DNA of 23,055 nucleotides from Promethearchaeota archaeon (GTDB lineage Archaea; Asgardarchaeota; Hermodarchaeia; Hermodarchaeales; Hermodarchaeaceae): NCBI GenBank assembly GCA_048938295.1, contig JBHLMI010000034.1, positions 1 to 23,055 of the forward strand, read 5' to 3'. Shown piece by piece: positions 15,980 to 23,055 of this stretch (position 1 is its first letter; each line of letters starts with the position of its first letter). The notes under the pieces were generated by a model. It saw only the letters and a program-made list of their open reading frames with translations, ran no database searches and was not told where the DNA came from. The position numbers and the translations under genes were made by a program.

Positions 15980-17299
15980 ATGGGTTTGGAGATAAAAATC
16001 CAGGTGGGTATGGGTTCTTTCGAATTCATGGTAAATGCCCGTCGTGCGATTTTCTACACCTTTCTTACCTTGTTTATGGTTGAAGTGCTGGGTGCTGATT
16101 TCATTCAAATTGGATTGGTTATTACTCTCCCCATGCTCGCAAATTCAGCGATGCAAGCCTTCGTTTGGGGACGTGTCAGTGATAAAATAAAAAAACGGCG
16201 ACTACTCGTCGTGGTGGGTGAAACCGCTGCGGGGATTGGTTATCTTCTGATATGGACTAACATCACTAATTGGACCATAATTATTGGCTTGACCATCATC
16301 GAAGCTATTTGGTCGATGTCGAACACCGGGTGGTCTGCACTCTTTGCTGATCTTACTGAACCGGATGTGCGATCAACCTTGATGGGTCGGATAAACGCCG
16401 TAGGAATTATTGGTCGCATCTTCGGTGTAACAGTAATCGGACTGCTCTATGACTACCCTTTTCCAGGGGCCGGGTTTTTTTGGGTCTTCCCCATTGCAGC
16501 CGGAATTATGTTCGGCAGTGTCCTTGCTCTCATTGCAACTGTTCCAGAAGTGCAGCAGGCTATTGCATCTGACTTTCCTGAATCATCACTCCCACAAAGA
16601 AATACAAACCCAAGTTGGAGAGATAAGTATCCCAAGAATTTTCTGATTTTCCTCGGTGTCTGGGCATTTATTACCATTGGCTGGATTAGTTACCTATCGC
16701 TCTTCACCATCTACCTTCGTGTTGGGCTTAATCTTAATTCCTTAGAGATTAGTCTGGTCCGAAATGTCAATTCAGCGGTCGGCCTCATCGCCGCTCCAGT
16801 AGCTGGTGTTCTGGGAGATCGCCTTGGTCGTAAACCTGTAATCATCGGAACCCTAATCATCCAGGCAATTACATCAGTTTTCTATGGGTTTGTTAATTCG
16901 CTTCTTGGAATGCTTCTGGTGAACGGTATAAACGGTGTTGTTCGTCCAACAGTCTTTACACTAGGTTATGCTTTAGCCGCAGATATGATTCCCGAGACAC
17001 GGCGTGGTGAACTGTTCGGTCTATATAATTCAGTTTGGACCATCTCCTTTGGTTCCTCACCTACAGCAGTTGGTGGTGTTTACGCGACATGGCGTCTGAA
17101 TGATTATCTTAGTTCAGGATTTCCCCCAGAGTTCGCGGCAACCCAAGCGATTATTGATACATTCTTCCTATCCGCTGGACTTGTTCTCATTGGCACATTC
17201 CTCTTTGGGCTAGTAATCAAAGAGCCAACACACAAGGAAGGAGAAAACCTAGCCACACTTGAGGAAGAACCGGTCGCCGTAATGGATACTTTAGATTGA
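15980..17299 (+). CDS. Major facilitator superfamily (MFS) transporter
   Basis: About 12 hydrophobic segments; motif A-like WGRVSDKIKKRR and GVLGDRLGRKPVI; central hydrophilic loop. Confidence 0.9.
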   Translation: MGLEIKIQVGMGSFEFMVNARRAIFYTFLTLFMVEVLGADFIQIGLVITLPMLANSAMQAFVWGRVSDKIKKRRLLVVVGETAAGIGYLLIWTNITNWTIIIGLTIIEAIWSMSNTGWSALFADLTEPDVRSTLMGRINAVGIIGRIFGVTVIGLLYDYPFPGAGFFWVFPIAAGIMFGSVLALIATVPEVQQAIASDFPESSLPQRNTNPSWRDKYPKNFLIFLGVWAFITIGWISYLSLFTIYLRVGLNLNSLEISLVRNVNSAVGLIAAPVAGVLGDRLGRKPVIIGTLIIQAITSVFYGFVNSLLGMLLVNGINGVVRPTVFTLGYALAADMIPETRRGELFGLYNSVWTISFGSSPTAVGGVYATWRLNDYLSSGFPPEFAATQAIIDTFFLSAGLVLIGTFLFGLVIKEPTHKEGENLATLEEEPVAVMDTLD

Positions 17300-17307
17300 T
17301 TAATCAC

Positions 17308-18906
17308 CTATTGTCGCTTGGGAAATTTGTCGGGGGTTTTTCCGTATCCGCCTCCACCCGGCGTCTGAATACTGATAATATCTCCATTTTCCACCGATAG
17401 AGTCACTTTTCCTGGAATTTCTTTCCATTTCCCATGATGCCAATGGCGGTTTTTACCAAGACGCCCAGGAGCTCCTCCTTCTAATCCCCATGGTCCAAAA
17501 CGTCGACGTTCACTCTGAATAGATACGACGGCATCATCTGCAAGGATCTTTATGTCCCGACGTATACCACAACCTCCTCGATAACGACCTTTCCCTCCAC
17601 TTTCTGGAATCAAGTGGTAACATTCTACACGAAGCGGGTAGGTGCTTTCTAAAGCCTCAATAGGTGTGTTTGCCGTATTCGTCATGTGGCTGTGAATGCC
17701 ATCGATACCATCCTTATTTGACCGAGCTCCAAGACCACCACCAATCGTTTCATAGAAAGTGAACGCCTGTTTAGTTCTAGGGTCAGTTCCACCGATGGTC
17801 AGGTTATTCATAGTACCTTGACTTGCAGCTGGAATTAATCCAGGAAGCGCTTCTTTCAAAGCTCCGAATAACACATCCACAATACGCTGCGAGGTCTCAA
17901 CGTTCCCTGCAGAGACCGCTGCTGGTGGACGCGGATTTAATACTGTTCCCTCAGGAGCGATGACTGTCAAGGGAGAGTAACAACCACCATTTACAGGTAT
18001 GGTCGGATCCGTAACGCATCGGAGTACGTAATAAGAGCAAGAGAGTGTGACAGCTAAAGGTGCATTAATATTACCCCGGGTCTGGTCTTGAGTCCCAGAG
18101 AAGTCAAAGATAATCCTATCAGGGCGAATGGAGACTTTGACTTTCAGTTGTACCGGCTTGGATGAAATGCCATCGTCGTCCATGTAGTCAATAAAAGAAA
18201 AGTCGCCCTTGGGCATTTGTTGAATCTGCTGTAACATCCGCCTTCGTGAATACTCTTGGAGATCTTGAAGAAATGTTGATACAACGGACTCTGAATATTT
18301 CGTTATAATTGAAGCGAATCGATTAGCCCCAGTAATATTTGCAGCGATTTGGGCTCGAAGATCACCTTCTCTTTCAATTGGCGTACGCACATTCGCCAAA
18401 ATTAACCGCCAAAGCTTTTTATTTACTTCACCAGCTCTTACCAACTGGGTAGGTGGAATTCGAAGGCCTTCTTGATAAATTTCTGTTGCTGCTCCAGGCA
18501 TGGAACCAGGGGCTGATCCTCCTACGTCTGCATGATGTGCCCGATTTGCGACAAATCCCACAACAGCCTCATCAAATAGAACTGGAGATATGAGCGTTAT
18601 ATCTGGAAGGTGAGTTCCACCTTCGAAAGGGTCATTAAGTATAACTGCGTCTCCTGCTACCCAATCAAGGTGTGAAAACAAGTTCAAGGCCGCTTTTACA
18701 GATTCTGGCATAGCTCCTAAATGCACTGGGATATGTTCAGCTTGGCTTACCATTAGTCCTCCTGCATCAAAGACGGCCGCAGAACAATCTTGCCGCTCTT
18801 TGATATTGGGGGAATAAGCAGTGCGTACAAGTGTAGCTCCCATTTCCTCTGCCACTGAAATGAAGCCATTACGAAGCACTTCAAAGGATATTGGATCCGT
18901 TTTCAT
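17308..18906 (-). CDS. hyuB: Hydantoinase B / 5-oxoprolinase subunit (ATP-dependent amidohydrolase, beta subunit)
   Basis: NIKERQDCS, HIPVHLG, NDPFEGGTHLPD, HHADVGG, GNVETSQR, QGTMNN, YETIGGG, NTPIEALE, TPGGGGYG. ATGA overlap with the upstream gene. Confidence 0.92.
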   Translation of the reverse strand: MKTDPISFEVLRNGFISVAEEMGATLVRTAYSPNIKERQDCSAAVFDAGGLMVSQAEHIPVHLGAMPESVKAALNLFSHLDWVAGDAVILNDPFEGGTHLPDITLISPVLFDEAVVGFVANRAHHADVGGSAPGSMPGAATEIYQEGLRIPPTQLVRAGEVNKKLWRLILANVRTPIEREGDLRAQIAANITGANRFASIITKYSESVVSTFLQDLQEYSRRRMLQQIQQMPKGDFSFIDYMDDDGISSKPVQLKVKVSIRPDRIIFDFSGTQDQTRGNINAPLAVTLSCSYYVLRCVTDPTIPVNGGCYSPLTVIAPEGTVLNPRPPAAVSAGNVETSQRIVDVLFGALKEALPGLIPAASQGTMNNLTIGGTDPRTKQAFTFYETIGGGLGARSNKDGIDGIHSHMTNTANTPIEALESTYPLRVECYHLIPESGGKGRYRGGCGIRRDIKILADDAVVSIQSERRRFGPWGLEGGAPGRLGKNRHWHHGKWKEIPGKVTLSVENGDIISIQTPGGGGYGKTPDKFPKRQ

Positions 18907-20966
18907 GAAGCCATCTCCAGTACCATATTTCCTCCTTTCCCAATGGTTGCCTTGGTTTTAGGATGCAGGACAGTCGTTGAGTCAGGTTGCTCGATTATCG
19001 CGGGTCCGGTAACCTCAGCTTTCACGCCCAGTGCTGAGCGCTCATAAATTGGGGTATTTGTGAATCGTTTAATTTCCTCGAAATATACTTCCCTTGTGAA
19101 ACGTGGTTCTGGAGGTCCTCTTTGTCGAGAAATTGCTGAAGGTTGTAAGGCAGGCATGGGTCCTTGAGCAATCACTCGAAGATTCACAATTGTCACAGGT
19201 GCTTCCGACGCTGCAAATCCGTATTGCTGTTCATGGCTCGTATGAAATATTTTCTCGAGATTATCTAGCCATCTTTCTGTAATTTCCCCCGCAGGAACCG
19301 GTACGGTTATTTCATAGGCTTGTCCTGTGTACCGTAAATCGGCTAAACGTTGTATTGAGATGGATTGAGACAAAACTCCTTGCTTTTCTAATTGCTCGCG
19401 AAGAAGTTTTTCGAGGTGTTCATATACTGACCCTATGCGAATAAAATCTGGTGAAAGAGTTGATTCAAGAATTGTTTGACTCTGGTCCATACGAAGGTTT
19501 GTAGCTAAGAGTCCCAGCGCTGAATGAAGACCTGGCGCAAGTGGGATGATGACCCGAGGTATTCCTAGATTCTTCGCAAGCGCCCAACCGTGCATCGGAC
19601 CCGCACCTCCAAATGCTATCAATGCGAAATCTCGAGGATCGAAGCCTCGTTGTATTGAAACAACCCGTATGGCCCGTTCCATATTCGCGTTTACGACACG
19701 GATGATGCCATAAGCACATTCTTCCACCGTTAGTTTGAGCTCATCAGCTAACGCCTGAATAGACTGTTTAGCAAGGTCAGATCTCAAGGGGATAGTTCCG
19801 CCTAAAAAATAGTCTGGGTTAATCCGTCCCAAAATGAGATTTGCATCTGTCACAGTTGGATTGGTTCCTCCCCTCCCGTAAGCTGCAGGTCCTGGGTCAG
19901 CACCAGCACTTTGTGGGCCTACGTGTAATATTTCACCTGCATCAATCCAACCAATACTTCCTCCTCCAGCACCTACGGTCTCTACGTCCACCATGGGAAT
20001 ACGACATGGGAGTCCCCCAATATGTCCCTCTGTTGTCTCTCGGATAACTCCATCTGTAATCAAGGCGACATCTGTACTTGTCCCGCCCATATCAAAGCTT
20101 ATGACGTTCGGTTCGTTCATCACTCTACTTGTATATCGGCCACCTAAGGTACCACCCGCTAATCCACTGAAAAGTAGGCGAGCTGCTTGGTCTCGGGCTA
20201 ATTCAGATCTAACTACTCCCCCGTGACTTTGCATAATTAACATTGGAGCGTCGATTTCTGCATTAGTCAAAGCTTCATCAAGATGTTCTAAGTACCGATT
20301 GAGGACAGGAGTTACATAGGCATTCAGCACAGTTGTTGACATTCTTTCATATTCTCGATATTCTGCAAGAATTGTTGAAGAGAGGGTTATTGGGATTGTC
20401 GGATCTAGGTCATGGATTTCTTTCTGAATAAGCTGTTCATGAACAGGGTTTAGGTATGCAAAGAGGAGGCACACTGCTACTGCATCCACGTTCTTGCTTG
20501 CCCTCTCTACTGCCCTGACAATTTCTTCTGAAGTAAGAGTCTGATGGATTGTTCCGTCAGCAAGAATACGTTCTTCAACACCGACGATATTATTCCGCTT
20601 CACTAATGGGGAGATACGTTCGGCAAATAAATCATACAAATCCGACCGTTGTTGACGACCAATTTCTAAAATGTCTTCAAACCCCTTAGTTGTAATTAAA
20701 CTGGTCGTTACACCTTTTCGTTGAAGTACTGCATTCGTCGCAACAGTGGTACCATGTAGAAGAAACCGGACCTTCCCATGCGCAATCTTTGCTTGAGACA
20801 AAACCTTGGTTAAACCTTCAAGCACAGCGACTGACGGATCCACTGGCGTCGACCGCACTTTAATGTGCCATCGTTTCCCCGATGAATCGAGTAGTAGAAC
20901 ATCGGTGAAGGTGCCACCAATGTCTATACCAATTCGGATTGGTTCTTCAAAAGGCGCTTCTGTCAT
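18903..20966 (-). CDS. hyuA: Hydantoinase A / 5-oxoprolinase subunit (actin-like ATPase fold, alpha subunit)
   Basis: GIDIGGTFTD, HGTTVATNA, DMGGTSTD, GAGGGSI, GPQSAGADPGPAAYGRGG...TVTDAN. Start placed at ATG 20966 from an upstream GGTGA RBS and TTATAAAT at 20992-20999; ATG 20984 is the alternative. Confidence 0.93.
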   Translation of the reverse strand: MTEAPFEEPIRIGIDIGGTFTDVLLLDSSGKRWHIKVRSTPVDPSVAVLEGLTKVLSQAKIAHGKVRFLLHGTTVATNAVLQRKGVTTSLITTKGFEDILEIGRQQRSDLYDLFAERISPLVKRNNIVGVEERILADGTIHQTLTSEEIVRAVERASKNVDAVAVCLLFAYLNPVHEQLIQKEIHDLDPTIPITLSSTILAEYREYERMSTTVLNAYVTPVLNRYLEHLDEALTNAEIDAPMLIMQSHGGVVRSELARDQAARLLFSGLAGGTLGGRYTSRVMNEPNVISFDMGGTSTDVALITDGVIRETTEGHIGGLPCRIPMVDVETVGAGGGSIGWIDAGEILHVGPQSAGADPGPAAYGRGGTNPTVTDANLILGRINPDYFLGGTIPLRSDLAKQSIQALADELKLTVEECAYGIIRVVNANMERAIRVVSIQRGFDPRDFALIAFGGAGPMHGWALAKNLGIPRVIIPLAPGLHSALGLLATNLRMDQSQTILESTLSPDFIRIGSVYEHLEKLLREQLEKQGVLSQSISIQRLADLRYTGQAYEITVPVPAGEITERWLDNLEKIFHTSHEQQYGFAASEAPVTIVNLRVIAQGPMPALQPSAISRQRGPPEPRFTREVYFEEIKRFTNTPIYERSALGVKAEVTGPAIIEQPDSTTVLHPKTKATIGKGGNMVLEMAS

Positions 20967-21084
20967 CGTATATTCTGTCACCATTCACGTTATTTATAAT
21001 GAAAAGGCTTCTGTTATAATCCGTAACAATGAGAGCGTTTTTTAGCGAATTAGCTGTGTAGTATCACGAGATGAACAAAACAAA

Positions 21085-21366
21085 ATGAATTCATTCCACA
21101 AGTCTCAAAACCTTACACTATACTTACGAACTTTACAGCCCCGAAGAAGATCACCCTCCTCGTTGAGACTAATTAGCTACAAAGTCTTTCTTTTCCCAAT
21201 AATCATGATGACGATCGGTGGGTTAATCTGGGGACTCATTGCATTTCTAGACCCCACGAATCTCCCCCTAATCCTTTTAGGTCAGATTATTTTCACGATT
21301 GGTATGTTCGTGGCAATTATTCTCGGATTTTGGGTTATGACGATTGTTCGGATGCCTACTCGTTGA
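21085..21366 (+). CDS. Small two-TM membrane protein, function unknown
   Basis: Two hydrophobic helices (VFLFPIIMMTIGGLIWGLIAFL and LILLGQIIFTIGMFVAIILGFWVMTIV). The real start may be TTG 21163. Confidence 0.65.
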   Translation: MNSFHKSQNLTLYLRTLQPRRRSPSSLRLISYKVFLFPIIMMTIGGLIWGLIAFLDPTNLPLILLGQIIFTIGMFVAIILGFWVMTIVRMPTR

Positions 21367-21377
21367 TATGGACTGCT

Positions 21378-21854
21378 TCAGGGCTTATCTGGTTCAGAGA
21401 TTCGCTTTCCATCAATTCCCACTTTGAGCCGATGTTTTATTTCAGGCTCCAACCACTCGGGTCCAAACAGGCGACCAATAACTACTCCGGGCAGTATCCC
21501 TAACAATTGTAACATAAATGCTCGGACGACGATATCTATTGTTATTAAAAAGAGAATATCCATTATGCTCCAAGTGTTCATTACTACTGCTGCGAGGTAT
21601 ACGGTTCCAAAAACAATAATGAGTCCAATGAAGATGGCAAAAAAACCGCTTATAATTGCGTACTGAATTTCCGTACTATATAGGCCAATGAGAAGACCAA
21701 TGATAAACATTAAGACCGCGAATACTGCACCTATAATAAAATTCGTAAGTAGGGAGAAATAAGCAAAAGTTATCATTAATCCACCACCGACTGTCGAAGC
21801 GAAAAACCGAAAATATAGGTTGATTTGTTCTTTTTGTCGTGGACTTAAATTCAT
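21378..21854 (-). CDS. Four-TM membrane protein, function unknown
   Basis: Four Gly-rich hydrophobic segments over 158 aa; starts 3 nt after the stop of the upstream gene. Confidence 0.75.
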   Translation of the reverse strand: MNLSPRQKEQINLYFRFFASTVGGGLMITFAYFSLLTNFIIGAVFAVLMFIIGLLIGLYSTEIQYAIISGFFAIFIGLIIVFGTVYLAAVVMNTWSIMDILFLITIDIVVRAFMLQLLGILPGVVIGRLFGPEWLEPEIKHRLKVGIDGKRISEPDKP

Positions 21855-21857
21855 TTT

Positions 21858-22382
21858 CTAATTCACTTCCTCCACACCTTGAAAGACTGTGACAAAGTTT
21901 TGGTATAGTACATACAGTCTTTCTCCAACATAGACTCGCATGGGATAGCGTATAACCCAGCTCCATTCGCCACTTATTTCAGCGTCAAGAATCGGTTGTG
22001 CTTCAGCGTCGTGAAAAGTGAAGTTTCCCCAAATATCCGCTCTTTGACCAGGGATGATGAATATATCTTCGAATGTTTCTCGAAGAGCTATTGTTTGACC
22101 GTTTAAGTTAACGAAGAAGGCATATCCCTGAATATGGATGAGTCTTGAGCCGTTGTTTTGAACAGGTATCCTAATAGATATAATCCGTGTGGTTGAATCT
22201 GGGGCTTCCTTCAAGATTTGGCTAACCTGGGGATTAAATTTGTTGGCTGTGTCGTATACACTAACATACTCTATCGCCAGAATCCCACTTCCAATTAGAG
22301 AAATAACAAAAGTCAACAGAAAGATCGTCGTTACGGCGACTTGGAACTTTGTTGTGCCAAGTGCTCTTTTGAACCGGCTCAT
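21858..22382 (-). CDS. Membrane-anchored protein with a LEA_2/WHy-like or Ig-like beta domain
   Basis: Basic N-terminus plus one TM (VAVTTIFLLTFVISLIGSGILAI), then IRIPVQNNGS..IHIQGYAFFVNLNGQTI, typical of the N-x-N LEA14/WHy strand pattern. Confidence 0.7.
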   Translation of the reverse strand: MSRFKRALGTTKFQVAVTTIFLLTFVISLIGSGILAIEYVSVYDTANKFNPQVSQILKEAPDSTTRIISIRIPVQNNGSRLIHIQGYAFFVNLNGQTIALRETFEDIFIIPGQRADIWGNFTFHDAEAQPILDAEISGEWSWVIRYPMRVYVGERLYVLYQNFVTVFQGVEEVN

Positions 22383-22485
22383 CTCAAGTAATCCCTGTGT
22401 GCGTCAAAGATGTATCATTCTATAAGGTTTACTGAAAATGCAAAGTCCTGATTGGAAATTTCGTAGAAATCCTTGCATCATAAGC

Positions 22486-22497
22486 AAAGCTTTTTAA
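22486..22497 (+). promoter_or_regulatory. Putative BRE/TATA promoter (AAAGCTTTTTAA) for the ABC permease
   Basis: Matches the recurring motif, ~53 nt upstream of GTG 22550. Confidence 0.5.
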
Positions 22498-22549
22498 CAG
22501 TAAACTCAACAATGGCAGAACGCTTGGAAACCTGCTGGAGGCTAAGCAT

Positions 22550-23055
22550 GTGGGTCTACGTGAGTTCGTAATCAGACGTATAATAAATAGCTTCATCCTC
22601 GTATTTGGGGCAATTGTCTTCAACTTTTTTGTATTTCGTTTAATGCCTGGTGACCCTGTATCGATTCTCATTAGTCCCCAGATCGGAATAAACCAACAGG
22701 AACTTGCTGATGCGCTCCGTAGAATGTGGGGATTGGACCAACCACTCTATGTTCAGTTTGGCCAATACATCGTGAACATGTTCACATTTCAGTTTGGGAT
22801 TTCCTTTGCAGAAGGCAATCGTCCGGTCATTGAGTCAATTGCCGCTCGATTACCTAACACTCTGCTTTTAATGGGAACTGCGGCAATTGTCACCATTGTC
22901 CTTGGTGTTGCAACTGGAATTTTCGCAGCTTCCAAACGAGGAACACCCTTTGATATGGGTATGGTTACGACTGCACTAATCTTGTACTCGGTGCCCACTT
23001 TTTGGTTAGGCATGATGTTCATTCTCCTCTTCGGATTCTACATCCCCCTATTTCC
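22550..23055 (+). CDS. dppB: Peptide/nickel ABC transporter permease (DppB/OppB), truncated at the right edge
   Basis: Not in the ORF track. From GTG 22550 (GGAGG RBS at 22537-22541) it reads MGLREFVIRRIINSFILVFGAIVFNFFVFRLMPGDPVSIL...WGLDQPLYVQFGQYIVNMFTFQFGISF...RLPNTLLL...YSVPTFWLG, with the classic PGDP, GLDQP and RLPNT motifs. Confidence 0.92.
   Translation, partial: MGLREFVIRRIINSFILVFGAIVFNFFVFRLMPGDPVSILISPQIGINQQELADALRRMWGLDQPLYVQFGQYIVNMFTFQFGISFAEGNRPVIESIAARLPNTLLLMGTAAIVTIVLGVATGIFAASKRGTPFDMGMVTTALILYSVPTFWLGMMFILLFGFYIPLF

Noticed and set aside
1494-21378. Very tight convergent gene junctions (8-17 nt at 1494/1512, 4627/4639, 6921/6934, 17299/17308, 21366/21378) without hairpins
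   Set aside because: This is ordinary for compact archaeal genomes, which use T-rich or factor-dependent termination.
156-23022. The many 62-128-aa ORFs antisense or out-of-frame to the main genes (e.g. 806-1138, 6272-6631, 6965-7330, 12446-12832, 22429-22671, 22789-23022)
   Set aside because: They lie within or largely overlap well-supported genes or their promoters and show no motifs; the last two are shadows of the truncated dppB gene.
1-23055. CRISPR arrays, tRNA/rRNA genes, transposases, integrases, frameshifted pseudogenes or stop-codon readthrough
   Set aside because: No regularly spaced repeats, RNA-gene signatures or recombinase motifs were seen. All recognised proteins have complete motif sets in single frames.

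Overview
Gene-dense archaeal window, most likely from an Asgard archaeon (inferred from a longin-fused small GTPase, archaeal BRE/TATA-type promoters, GGTGA/GGAGG ribosome-binding sites and an archaeal endonuclease IV). It holds 17 complete CDSs and two edge-truncated ones. Recognisable genes: Eis-like GNAT acetyltransferase, DUF1998 DEAD/DEAH helicase, thioredoxin-like protein, RNase Z-like metallo-beta-lactamase, longin-Arf/Rab-like GTPase, endonuclease IV, ArsR-type wHTH fusion, 3-hydroxyacyl-CoA dehydrogenase, MFS transporter, hydantoinase/oxoprolinase A and B, and the 5' part of a peptide ABC permease missed by the ORF track. The most interesting block is 7.9-14.6 kb: a symmetric four-half-site operator-like sequence, a wHTH regulator plus an uncharacterised partner, a ~120-nt multi-stem RNA-like element whose loop is complementary to the downstream Shine-Dalgarno site, and a 1620-aa protein that appears tail-anchored, with alpha-solenoid, beta-sandwich and duplicated NLP/Vps62-like segments. 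No rRNA, tRNA, CRISPR array or transposase was seen. All calls are by-eye motif recognition; no database search or folding program was run.
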